From assembly GCA_020199905.1 (NCBI GenBank), contig JAIVJS010000075.1, positions 4,521-68,520 of the forward strand: 64,000 nt of DNA. The letters are read 5' to 3'. Of the stretch, positions 26,927 to 35,420 are shown piece by piece. Under the pieces are notes generated by a model. That model ran no database searches and was not told the DNA's origin. It worked only from the letters and a program-made list of their open reading frames with translations. Each line of letters opens with the position of its first letter. Within the stretch, counting starts at the first letter, position 1. Source of the DNA: Acidobacteriota bacterium. GTDB taxonomy: Bacteria; Acidobacteriota; Thermoanaerobaculia; UBA5066; Gp7-AA6. A program made the position numbers and the translations under genes.

Positions 26927-27540
26927 GCTCGCGCCGAACGGTGGACGTCTCGCGCTTGCCCGATATCACGCTCGACTCGGGCGCGCTCTTCTGGTGGGCG
27001 ACGGCCGGACTCATCGCGATCGAGGCGATGAGCTTCGCGATCATCATCGCCACCTTCATCTACCTGCGAATGACGGTGACGGACTGGCCACCCCCGACGC
27101 TCCCGCCGCCGGACCTCAGGTGGGGAATCGCGGGCCTGGTGGTCCTCGTCATCAGCTGCGTGCCCATCCGCATGGCGGAGAAGATCGCCGGACGGGGCCG
27201 GCCGGAAGAGGACAGGCGCCGGATCGCCGCTCTCATCCGAGTGTTCCTCCTCATCGCGGCGGTCGCCGTCGCGATCCGCCTCCTCGAATTTCCGGGCACG
27301 CACTGCAAGTGGAACAACAGCGCGTACGGCTCGGTCATCTGGACCACGCTCGGCATCCACCTGCTCGAAGCTCTCGCGGGATTCGCCGAGTTCGCCGTCG
27401 TGGCAGCGGTCCTCGTCGGCAGCCACGCCGAAGAGAAACACCTCCTAGACGTGCGCGCCTGCGCGCTTTTCTGGTACTTCATCGTCGCCGTCTGGATCCC
27501 GCTCTTCGGAATGATCTACGTCTTTCCGAGGCTCTCGTGA
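26923..27540 (+). CDS. ctaE: Cytochrome c oxidase subunit III
   Basis: ATG overlaps the ctaD stop (ATGA). ~205 aa, 5 TM. ALFWYFIVAVWIPLFGMIYVF resembles the conserved subunit III C-terminal helix. Confidence 0.8.
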   Translation: MSSRRTVDVSRLPDITLDSGALFWWATAGLIAIEAMSFAIIIATFIYLRMTVTDWPPPTLPPPDLRWGIAGLVVLVISCVPIRMAEKIAGRGRPEEDRRRIAALIRVFLLIAAVAVAIRLLEFPGTHCKWNNSAYGSVIWTTLGIHLLEALAGFAEFAVVAAVLVGSHAEEKHLLDVRACALFWYFIVAVWIPLFGMIYVFPRLS

Positions 27541-27920
27541 CCGAGCGCGCGATCGCCGGCGGCGAAGCTCCTCCCGAAGCGTCGGCGGACCGGAGCCTAT
27601 GGTTCGGCATTGTCGCGCCGCCGCTCGCGTGGGCGGCCAACGAGCTCGCCGGGCTCCTCCTTCCCGACTGGGTCTGCAAGAGCGGCCACCGGTGGGTTCT
27701 CCACGCGATCACCGCGGCCGCTCTCGCGATCGCCGTTCTGGCCGGAGCGATGGCGAGCCGGTCGGCCCGGCCTTCCGAGGAGGACGCCGGCGACCCGGAG
27801 GGCCCGATCGCGAAGCGCCGGCGTTTCATGAGCCAGCTGGCCGTCATGAGCGCGCTCTTCTTCTCGCTCGTGATTGTCGCGGGAGCGGTGCCGGGCGCGA
27901 TCCACCGACCCTGCGACTGA
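27537..27920 (+). CDS. Small 3-TM membrane protein in subunit IV position of the caa3 operon (CtaF-like)
   Basis: GTG overlaps the ctaE stop (GTGA). 127 aa, three hydrophobic helices. Positional inference only. Confidence 0.45.
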   Translation: MTERAIAGGEAPPEASADRSLWFGIVAPPLAWAANELAGLLLPDWVCKSGHRWVLHAITAAALAIAVLAGAMASRSARPSEEDAGDPEGPIAKRRRFMSQLAVMSALFFSLVIVAGAVPGAIHRPCD

Positions 27921-27925
27921 CCCCC

Positions 27926-28970
27926 ATGCGCTCATCGGGCCTCGCGGACCTTCTCGCTGCCGGAGGGTGGACGTTCGATCCGGCCGTCGTCGCGCTTCTC
28001 GCGGCCTCGGGGTTCCTTTACGCGCGCGGGCTGCGTCGCCTCTGGGGCCGGGCGGGCGCGGGGGCGGGCATCTCGGTGCGTCAGGCGGCGGCGTTCGTCG
28101 GCGGCTGGGCTGCGCTCGCGGTCGCGCTCGTCTCGCCTCTGCACGCGGCCGGCGAAATCCTGTTCTCCGCCCACATGGTGCAGCACGAGCTGCTTATGCT
28201 GGTCGCCGCGCCCTTGTGCGTGATGGGACGCCCGCTGTCCGTCTTTCTCTGGGCCTTTCCCGCCGGCGCGCGCGAGGCGATCGGGGAAGCGTCGAGGGCC
28301 CGGGGGATCTCCGCCGCCTGGACGGCCGTCACGCGCCCGCTGCCCGCCTTTCTCCTCCAGAGCCTCACTCTCTGGATCTGGCATCTGCCCGCGCTCTACC
28401 AGGCGTCCCTCCGATCGGATTTCGCGCACGCCCTGCAGCACGGCAGCTTCTTCGCCGCGTCCACGGTCTTCTGGTGGGCGCTCCTTCAGGGACGGTTCGG
28501 CCGGCAGGGCTACGGAGCCGCCGCAATCGCCGTTTTCGCGACAACCCTCGAAGGCGGGGTGCTCGGCGCGCTGATCACGTTTGCCCGCTCGCTCTGGTAC
28601 CCGATCTACGAAGCGCGCACCGCGGCATGGGGGCTCTCTCCGCTCGAAGACCAGCAGCTCGCCGGGATCCTGATGTGGGTGCCGGCCGGCCTTCTCCTGG
28701 TGGGGTTCGGCCTCGCACTTTTCGCCGCCTGGCTCGGCGAGGCGGAACGGCGGGAAGGGCGTCCCGGGAGCGGATGCGAACGTCGGACCGCCGCTCGACA
28801 ACATCGCCTCCCGCGTCTACCTCGCCGGAAACCTGACGAACGAGCCCGCGCACATGATCGCGTGGATCCGCGATCCCCAGCATCTGCACGCGCCGACCGC
28901 CATGCCGAATTCCGGAGTGACGGCGCGGGACGCTAGGGACATCGCTGCGTACCTCTACACGCTCAAATGA
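27926..28970 (+). CDS. ctaG: Caa3-type cytochrome oxidase assembly factor CtaG (CopD-like), with a frameshift into a C-terminal cytochrome-c-like tail lacking CxxCH
   Basis: N-terminus MRSSGLADLLAAGGWTFDPAVVALLAASGFLYARG plus 6-7 TM helices, MVQHELLM and WHLPALYQ motifs typical of CtaG. The frame-2 ORF degenerates into low-complexity sequence after ~28760. The frame-0 continuation, with no start codon, encodes GPPLDNIASRVYLAGNLTNEPAHMIAWIRDPQHLHAPTAMPNSGVTARDARDIAAYLYTLK. This is clearly homologous to the C-terminus of ctaC (GNLAGWIADPQSIKPGNHMPP...AVTDYLESLK). Its stop at 28968-70 overlaps the next ATG. Confidence 0.55.
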
Positions 28971-29371
28971 CGGGGGCTCCCCGGCGTCCCGCGCGAGCGG
29001 CGGCCGCCCTCCTGGCTCTTGCCGCCGCCTGCCGGGCTCCGGCGGACCGGGTCCGCGATATCCGGATCTTCGCCGCTTCCTGGGCGGAGACCGTCCGCAC
29101 CACCGCCGCCGCCCGCGCCGCGGGACAGGTCCCCCGGGTGTTCGCCCGCGACACCTTCCGCGCAGCGGTGGAAGAGCTCGAAGACGCGAGGAAGAAGCTG
29201 GCGAAGCTCGCGAAAAAAAGCCCGGAAGCGGCGGAGGCCTCCCGCGCGGCGGGAAGGGCGGCCGCCGCCGTCCGATCGATCGCGGCCGGGTCCGACTCCT
29301 CGGACGTCTCGGCCGCCTCTGCCGCGCTCGCCGCTGACGCCGCTCTCCTGCGCGGAGGAGCGCGCCCGTGA
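28967..29371 (+). CDS. Hypothetical exported alpha-helical protein (possible lipoprotein)
   Basis: ATG overlaps the upstream stop. Signal MTGAPRRPARAAAALLALAAAC. Ala-rich helical 134 aa. Stop overlaps the Nramp GTG start (GTGA). Confidence 0.4.
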   Translation: MTGAPRRPARAAAALLALAAACRAPADRVRDIRIFAASWAETVRTTAAARAAGQVPRVFARDTFRAAVEELEDARKKLAKLAKKSPEAAEASRAAGRAAAAVRSIAAGSDSSDVSAASAALAADAALLRGGARP

Positions 29372-30591
29372 AAGGAGCGTTGAAGTGGCTCCTCGGCATC
29401 GTCACGAGCATCTGCGGCTTCATCGAGGTCGGCTCGATCTCGACGTCGGCGCAGGCGGGATCCGAGTTCGGCTTCCGGCTTCTCTGGGCGGTCGCGATCG
29501 CGACCGTCTGCCTCGTCTTCCTGGTCGAAATGTCCGGAAGGCTGGCGCTCGTCAGCGGCCACACGCTCGTGTCGGCGGTCCGCGAGCGCTTTGGGTTCCG
29601 GTTCCACGCGGTGCCGCTCTCGGCGGAGATCCTCCTCGACGTTCTCGTTCTCTCTGCGGAGATCGGCGGCGCGTGCGTGGCGCTCCAGCTCCTGACGGGT
29701 GTCTCCTTCCGGTGGTTTGCCCTGCCGGTCGGCCTCGCCGTCTGGGCGCTGCTCTGGTACGGCACGTTTTCGGTCATCGAGAACGGGGTCTCCGCGCTCG
29801 GGCTCGTGACGCTCGCGTTCGTGGTCGCGGCGTGGAAGGGGCATCCGGATCCGGCGGCGCTCCTGGCCGGCCTCGTGCCCTCCGCGCCGCCGGACTCCGG
29901 AAGCCTCCCCCGTTACGGGTTTCTCGCCGTCGGCATCCTCGGCGCCACGATCAGCCCGTACCTGCTCAATTTCTACTCGTCGGGAGCCGTCGAGGAGAAG
30001 TGGAGCGAGAAGGACGTGATGCCGAATCGGCTCGTCGCGGCGTTCGGTATGTCTTTCGGCAGCGTGGTGTCCGCGGGCGTCCTCGTGGTGGCCGCCCTCG
30101 TCCTCGCCCCGCGGGGCATCCACGTCGACCGGTTCGAGCAGGCGGCGCTGATGCTCCTTCCGGCGTTCCGATCGTGGGGCGTTCCTCTCTTCGCCGCGTG
30201 CCTCTTCATCGGCTGCTTCGGCGCGGCGCTCGAGATCGCGTTGAACCTCGCCTACGCGATGGCGCAGGCGTTCGGATGGAACTGGGGCGAGGACCAGCGC
30301 CCCGCGGAAGACGCGCGGTTCTGCGTCGTCTACACCGCTGCGGTTCTCGCCGGCTCCGTCATCATGACGGCGGGCCTTTCTCCCTTGAAGCTCACGCTCT
30401 TTTCGATGGCGCTGACGGTCGTCGTGCTCCCGCTGATCGTCATGCCGTTTCTCGTGCTCTTGAACGACCCGCATTACGTAAAGACTCATCGCAACGGCTG
30501 GATCGGCAATTTCGTCGTGACGTTCGTCCTCCTCCTCGGCTGCCTTCTGGCGGTCGTCGTGATTCCGCTGGAGGTGATCGGTGGCGGATGA
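29368..30591 (+). CDS. NRAMP-family divalent metal cation transporter (MntH-like)
   Basis: 407 aa, 11 TM helices. N-terminal LKWLLGIVTSICGFIEVGSISTSAQAGSEFGFRLLWAV and mid-protein GATISPYLLNFYSSG architecture typical of Nramp/MntH. Family call by overall similarity, no strict DPGN motif. Confidence 0.65.
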   Translation: MKGALKWLLGIVTSICGFIEVGSISTSAQAGSEFGFRLLWAVAIATVCLVFLVEMSGRLALVSGHTLVSAVRERFGFRFHAVPLSAEILLDVLVLSAEIGGACVALQLLTGVSFRWFALPVGLAVWALLWYGTFSVIENGVSALGLVTLAFVVAAWKGHPDPAALLAGLVPSAPPDSGSLPRYGFLAVGILGATISPYLLNFYSSGAVEEKWSEKDVMPNRLVAAFGMSFGSVVSAGVLVVAALVLAPRGIHVDRFEQAALMLLPAFRSWGVPLFAACLFIGCFGAALEIALNLAYAMAQAFGWNWGEDQRPAEDARFCVVYTAAVLAGSVIMTAGLSPLKLTLFSMALTVVVLPLIVMPFLVLLNDPHYVKTHRNGWIGNFVVTFVLLLGCLLAVVVIPLEVIGGG

Positions 30592-30955
30592 GGTGCATCT
30601 CGTCCGCGACATTCTCGACAAGCAGCTCGTCGACCGCGATCGCCGGCTCATGGGCAAAGCGGACGGCATCGTCCTGCGGATGCGCGGCAGTGGTCCTCCG
30701 GAGGTGGTCGCCATCGAAGCCGGGCCGGGCGTCCTGGCGGACCGTCTGCATCCGGGGCTCGGGCGGCGGCTCTGCGCGGCGCTCGAACGTCTCGGGAAAG
30801 ACATCGGGCAGCCTCTGCGAATCCCCTTCGCGAAGATCCTTCATCGGGGCCTGGATCTCCAGATCGACACGGACGCGCGGCGGACGAGCGCTTACGCCGC
30901 GGAACGGTGGCTCAAAGAGCGCCTGGTCCGCCGGTTCCCCGGCTCGGGAGAATGA
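30581..30955 (+). CDS. PRC-barrel domain protein
   Basis: GTG start overlapping the Nramp end by 11 nt. 124 aa, LVRDILDKQLVDRDRRLMGKADGIVLRM matches the PRC-barrel core. Confidence 0.45.
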   Translation: MADEVHLVRDILDKQLVDRDRRLMGKADGIVLRMRGSGPPEVVAIEAGPGVLADRLHPGLGRRLCAALERLGKDIGQPLRIPFAKILHRGLDLQIDTDARRTSAYAAERWLKERLVRRFPGSGE

Positions 30956-30959
30956 GACG

Positions 30960-31277
30960 ATGACCGCCGCCCGCGAAATCCGCCTGGAGCGGCTCGTCGG
31001 CCGCGAAGTGAGAGACCAGACGGGACGGGCGGTCGGGCGGCTCGAGGAAGTGCGGGCGCGCAAGAAGGGGAACGAATGGGTGGTGACCGACTGCCACATC
31101 GGCACGGCGGCGCTCGTGGAACGGCTGGCCGCGCACATCCTGAGATTCGGGACCCACGGATACCGCGCCTCGTGGGACCAGATCGACTGGTCGGACCCGG
31201 AAAAGCTGCGCCTGGCCTGTCCCCTCGAGGACCTGCGGCGGCTGACGAGCCGGGCCGCGCGCTCGCGCCGGAAATGA
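30960..31277 (+). CDS. PRC-barrel domain protein
   Basis: 105 aa. LVGREVRDQTGRAVGRLEEVRARKKGNEWVVTDCHIG PRC-barrel core. Stop overlaps the next gene ATG (ATGA). Confidence 0.5.
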   Translation: MTAAREIRLERLVGREVRDQTGRAVGRLEEVRARKKGNEWVVTDCHIGTAALVERLAAHILRFGTHGYRASWDQIDWSDPEKLRLACPLEDLRRLTSRAARSRRK

Positions 31278-32281
31278 CGCGCCGGAGCTTCTTCCATCGG
31301 CGAAGCCTCATGGTGGGCGCCGTTCTGACGGGTGTCTGCGTCGTCTCCCTCGCGGCAGCGCCGTCCGGCGCGCCGGCCGGTTTCTTTCGCGTGTACGTGA
31401 CGAACGAGCGCTCCGGCGACGTGACCGTGATCGACCCGCGAACGCGCGCGGCGATCCGCAACATCGCAGTCGGGGGCCGCCCGCGCGGGATCGCCGCCTC
31501 ACCCGACGGACGGCGCCTCTACGTGGCGATCGCCGCCAGGAATGGGGCTCCCGCCGGCATCGCGGTCATCGATGCCGCTTCCGGCCGGGTCTCGGGGAGG
31601 CTTCCATCGGGCCCCGATCCCGAGAACGTCGCCGTCACTCCGGACGGGCGGACACTGTGGATCTCCAACGAGGACGCGTCACACGCGTCGGCGGTGGATG
31701 TCAGGATCCGCCGCATTCTCGCGACCGTTCCGACGGGAGAGGAGCCGGAAGGGGTGGCCGTCTCCGCGGATGGGCGATGGGTCGCCGTCACCTCCGAGAG
31801 CGCGAGCGCCATCACGGTGATCGACGCGCGCTCGCGCCGGGCGATTCGGAAGATCCGGACGGACGCGCGGCCTCGGGCCGTGCGCTTCTCTCCCGACGGG
31901 AAGAGGGTCTACGCAACCGCGGAGATCGGGGGAAGCGTCTCCTGGATCGACACGGCCACCTGGACCGTCGGCGCGCGGCTCGTGCTTCCCGGACCGGTCA
32001 AGGCGGTCGGCGTGGCGGTCCCCCCCGACGGCCGGCGCCTCTACGTGACCACCAGCCACGCCAACGGAGTCGCCGTCGTCGATACCGAGTCCTTCTCCGT
32101 GGCGGCCACCATCCCGGTGGGCGGGCGGCCGTGGGGCATCGCGCTCTCGCCCGACGGCCGCACTCTGTTCACCGCGAACGGGACCTCGGGAGACGTCTCG
32201 GTGGTCGATCTCGCCTCCGGCCGCGCGGTGGCGGCCGTTCCCGCGGGCGACGGGCCCTGGGGCGTCGCGGTCGCGCGTTGA
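31274..32281 (+). CDS. Exported YVTN-family beta-propeller repeat protein (Tat signal)
   Basis: Twin-arginine signal MTRRSFFHRRSLMVGAV. Seven ~40-aa repeats of the type SPDGRRLYVA...VIDAASGRV (ASPDGRRLY, VTPDGRTLW, VSADGRWVAV, FSPDGKRVYA, VPPDGRRLYV, LSPDGRTLF). Confidence 0.75.
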   Translation: MTRRSFFHRRSLMVGAVLTGVCVVSLAAAPSGAPAGFFRVYVTNERSGDVTVIDPRTRAAIRNIAVGGRPRGIAASPDGRRLYVAIAARNGAPAGIAVIDAASGRVSGRLPSGPDPENVAVTPDGRTLWISNEDASHASAVDVRIRRILATVPTGEEPEGVAVSADGRWVAVTSESASAITVIDARSRRAIRKIRTDARPRAVRFSPDGKRVYATAEIGGSVSWIDTATWTVGARLVLPGPVKAVGVAVPPDGRRLYVTTSHANGVAVVDTESFSVAATIPVGGRPWGIALSPDGRTLFTANGTSGDVSVVDLASGRAVAAVPAGDGPWGVAVAR

Positions 32282-34527
32282 AAACCGCGGCGCTTCTCGC
32301 CGCGCTTCTCTTCGCGGGTCCGCGCTTCGCGCCCGGGGAGGCGGACGACGTCGCCGTCGCGGGCACCGTCCGCTCCTCGGAGGGGGCGCCGATCGAAGGC
32401 GCGCGCGTCGCTTCGCAGCCGGGCGGGCCGTCCAGCAAGACGACGACGGACGCCTCAGGCAGGTTTCTCCTTCGCGACGCCGGCGGCGCCTCCCTGCGCG
32501 TGGAGGCCGATGGATTCGAGCCCGCCCTCGTGCCGGTGCGCCCGAGCGAAGAGATTTCCGTCTGGCTGCGGCCGATTGGCGTGGCCGCAGCCGTGACCGT
32601 CACCGCTTCCCGCACTCCCCGCGAAGTGCGCGACACGCCCGCGAGCGTCGTTGTGCTGTCGTCCGACGACCTCGCCGTCTCCGCGGCCCCCGCTTCCGAC
32701 GATGCCCTGCGGAGCGTCGCGGGATTCAGCCTCTTTCGCCGGTCGGGCAGCCGCACCTCCAATCCGACCACGCAGGGCGTGTCTCTCCGCGGGACGGGAG
32801 CGAGCGGCGCCTCGCGCGCGGCGGTGCTCGAAGACGGCGTCCCGTTGAACGACCCTTTCGGAGGGTGGGTGTACTGGGGCCGCGTGCCCCTCGCGTCGCT
32901 CGACCGCGCGGAGGTCGTCCGGGGCGGCGCGTCGGAGCTCTATGGAAGTCCGGCGCTCGGAGGGGCGATCCAGCTCGTCCGCCGGGCGCCCGCCGATGCC
33001 CCGGCCCTCAGCGCCGACGTCTTCGCCGGATCGGAGAGGGCGCGGGACGCGGGCCTCTTCGCATCGTACCGGCGGGGCCTTTACGGAGCCGCCCTCGCGG
33101 GCGAGGTGTTTTCGACCGAGGGCTACGTTCCGACGGCGCCGCGGGAGAGAGGACCGGTCGACTCGGGCGCCTCTTCACGCCACGGGACGGCGGACCTGAC
33201 AGTCGAGCGGCGCGAGGCCGGGTCGCGGATCTTTCTTCGCGGGTCTCTCTTTGACGAATCGAGAGTGAACGGAACCGATCTGCAGACCAACGACGTCCGG
33301 CTCTCCGAAGGGACCGCGGGAGCGGAAGGCGTGGCGGGCGCGACCGGCGCCGCGACGTGGACGGTGCGCGCTTACGGCAGCACGCAGCGATTTCACCAGA
33401 CGTTCACCTCGATCGCCGCCGACCGGTCCTCCGAGCGCATCCTGCGGTTCCAGACGGTGCCGGCGGACGCCGTCGGGACGAGCGCCCAGCTGGCGCGCAC
33501 GCTCGGCGATCACCTCCTGGTCGCCGGCGCCGAGGCGCGCCGGGTAAAGGGCGAGAGCCGCGAGGAGGTCCCGGGAACCCCGGCCTCGTTCCTCACGGCG
33601 GGCGGCCGCGAATCGTCCGGCGCCCTGTTCGTCGAGGACGTCTTTCGCGCCGGCTCCGAATGGACGCTCACCGCCGGCGTTCGCTGGGACGCCTGGTCGG
33701 ACGACGACGCGCGGCGCGCCACCTCGGGCGGGACGACGGCCGGGACGGTGACTCGCTTTGGGCGGCGGTCGGAAACCGCGTGGAGCCCCCGGATCTCGGC
33801 TCTGTACCGCGCGAGCGGCGTCTTCTCCGTCGCGGCTTCCAGCTACCGCTCCTTCCGGGCGCCGACCTTGAACGAGCTGTACCGCTCGTTTCGCGTCGGC
33901 AACGTCTCGACCGCGGCCAACGAGGACCTGTCGCCGGAGCGTTCAACCGGCGGCGAGCTCGCGATCGCGGCGGACCTTCCCGGATCGCGCTTCCATGGGC
34001 GCGCCGCGGTTTTCTGGATGGAGATCGATGACGCGATCGGCAATCGCACGCTCACCGTGACTCCGACCGTGATCAACCGGCGCCGGGAGAACCTCGGAAC
34101 GGTCCGGGCCCGCGGAGCCGAGGCCGATGTCCAGGCGCGGTTCTATCCATGGAGCATCCGCGCCGGCTACCTCTATGCGGACTCGAGCGTGCTGTCGGCT
34201 CCCTCGGCCCCGGACCTCGCCGGGCTGCGCATTCCGCAGGTTCCGCGGCACCAGGCCACGCTGCGGGTCGAATACCGGCAGGGCGGCGGGGTCGCCGCGC
34301 TCCAGGCACGCGCCGCGGGCCGCCAATTCGAGGATGACGAGAATCGCCTGCCGTTGCGATCCTTCTGGACGGCCGATCTCTTTTTCTCCCTCGCGTTGTC
34401 CCGGGTGATCGAGCCCTACGTTGCCGTGGAAAACGTATTCGATCGCGACGTCGAGACCGGACGGACGCCCGTGACGACGCTCGGCGCGCCGCGGCAGCTG
34501 CGCATCGGAGTGAGGGTGAGAAGGTAG
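32278..34527 (+). CDS. TonB-dependent outer-membrane receptor with N-terminal carboxypeptidase-regulatory-like domain
   Basis: TTG start overlapping the YVTN stop. Signal LKTAALLAALLFAGPRFAPGEA. CarbD-like VAGTVRSSEGAPIEGARV...ASGRFLL. Plug-domain motifs (AAVLEDGVPLNDPFGGWVYW, AEVVRGGASELYGSPALGGAIQLV). Long beta-barrel with alternating hydrophobic strands to the C-terminus. Confidence 0.8.
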   Translation: MKTAALLAALLFAGPRFAPGEADDVAVAGTVRSSEGAPIEGARVASQPGGPSSKTTTDASGRFLLRDAGGASLRVEADGFEPALVPVRPSEEISVWLRPIGVAAAVTVTASRTPREVRDTPASVVVLSSDDLAVSAAPASDDALRSVAGFSLFRRSGSRTSNPTTQGVSLRGTGASGASRAAVLEDGVPLNDPFGGWVYWGRVPLASLDRAEVVRGGASELYGSPALGGAIQLVRRAPADAPALSADVFAGSERARDAGLFASYRRGLYGAALAGEVFSTEGYVPTAPRERGPVDSGASSRHGTADLTVERREAGSRIFLRGSLFDESRVNGTDLQTNDVRLSEGTAGAEGVAGATGAATWTVRAYGSTQRFHQTFTSIAADRSSERILRFQTVPADAVGTSAQLARTLGDHLLVAGAEARRVKGESREEVPGTPASFLTAGGRESSGALFVEDVFRAGSEWTLTAGVRWDAWSDDDARRATSGGTTAGTVTRFGRRSETAWSPRISALYRASGVFSVAASSYRSFRAPTLNELYRSFRVGNVSTAANEDLSPERSTGGELAIAADLPGSRFHGRAAVFWMEIDDAIGNRTLTVTPTVINRRRENLGTVRARGAEADVQARFYPWSIRAGYLYADSSVLSAPSAPDLAGLRIPQVPRHQATLRVEYRQGGGVAALQARAAGRQFEDDENRLPLRSFWTADLFFSLALSRVIEPYVAVENVFDRDVETGRTPVTTLGAPRQLRIGVRVRR

Positions 34528-34628
34528 CTGTCGGTTCGAAGCGGAAGGGCAGGCGGAACAGTGACGCCCTTCGCCATTCGCCGTTCGCTTCCAGCGCCCG
34601 GCGCCTGCACCTCGACACCGCCTGATCG

Positions 34629-35294
34629 GTGGTTTATCGTCGCCCCGTGAGCGCAACCGTGGTGGAAGGCGTCGAACGGGTCTCGAGCGCCCGCTCCTTC
34701 TGGGCTAGACGGATCTTTTCGTTCTGCGGCATCGTTCCCCTCGCCATCTACGTCGTCTGGCACCTCTTCAACAACATCTACGCGATCAACGGCCGCGCTG
34801 CCTTCGACGCGCGGTTGAAGGAGGCGACCGGCTCGCCGCTCTATGCGCCGGCCATCTGGCTGTTCGTCTATCTCCCGTTCGTCATCCACGCGATCGTGGG
34901 GCTCGTGATCACGTTCAAGTCCCGCCCGAACGCGCTGGCTATGCCCCGGTTCCGCAACTGGAAGTACGTGCTTCAGAGAATTTCGGCCATCGGCGTCCTC
35001 CTGTTCGTCCCCGCGCACGTGTACAAGACGAAGATCGAGCCCTGGCGCGCGGGGTTTGACGTCGACTTCGCCCACATGCAGGAGGGGATGCGCGAGCCGA
35101 TCACATTCGCGGTTTATGCGCTCGGGATGCTGGGAGTCGTCTTCCACCTCGCGAACGGGCTCTGGCTCGCCGGAATCACCTGGGGGATCTTCACCGGCCC
35201 GCGGGGACAGCGCCTCGGCGAGTGGCTGTCGGTCGCATTCGGCATCGCCCTCATGGCGCTCGCATTCGCCGCGATTTTCGCCCTCCGGTGGTAG
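34629..35294 (+). CDS. sdhC: Succinate dehydrogenase/fumarate reductase cytochrome b558 subunit (Bacillus-type SdhC)
   Basis: 221 aa, 5 TM. Colinear similarity to B. subtilis SdhC (SFCGIVPLAIYVVWHLFNN, HAIVGL, RNWKYVLQRISAIGVL, VFHLANGLWLAGITWGIFTGPRGQR). No sdhA/sdhB adjacent. Confidence 0.7.
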   Translation: MVYRRPVSATVVEGVERVSSARSFWARRIFSFCGIVPLAIYVVWHLFNNIYAINGRAAFDARLKEATGSPLYAPAIWLFVYLPFVIHAIVGLVITFKSRPNALAMPRFRNWKYVLQRISAIGVLLFVPAHVYKTKIEPWRAGFDVDFAHMQEGMREPITFAVYALGMLGVVFHLANGLWLAGITWGIFTGPRGQRLGEWLSVAFGIALMALAFAAIFALRW

Positions 35295-35420
35295 CTCCGT
35301 GCCGGCTCTGCCGCTTCCGCCGCCCCGGCATGGATCCTGCTCCTTTCGGACGCCAGTGATCCCGACTTTCCCTCTCTCCGGAAACGGAACGGCCGCGTCG
35401 CACGAGCGGACGGCCCTCTG

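Noticed and set aside
28963-30804. 613-aa minus-strand ORF (and 28575-29777)
   Set aside because: Antisense to the lipoprotein and Nramp genes. Extreme Arg/Glu/Asp content.
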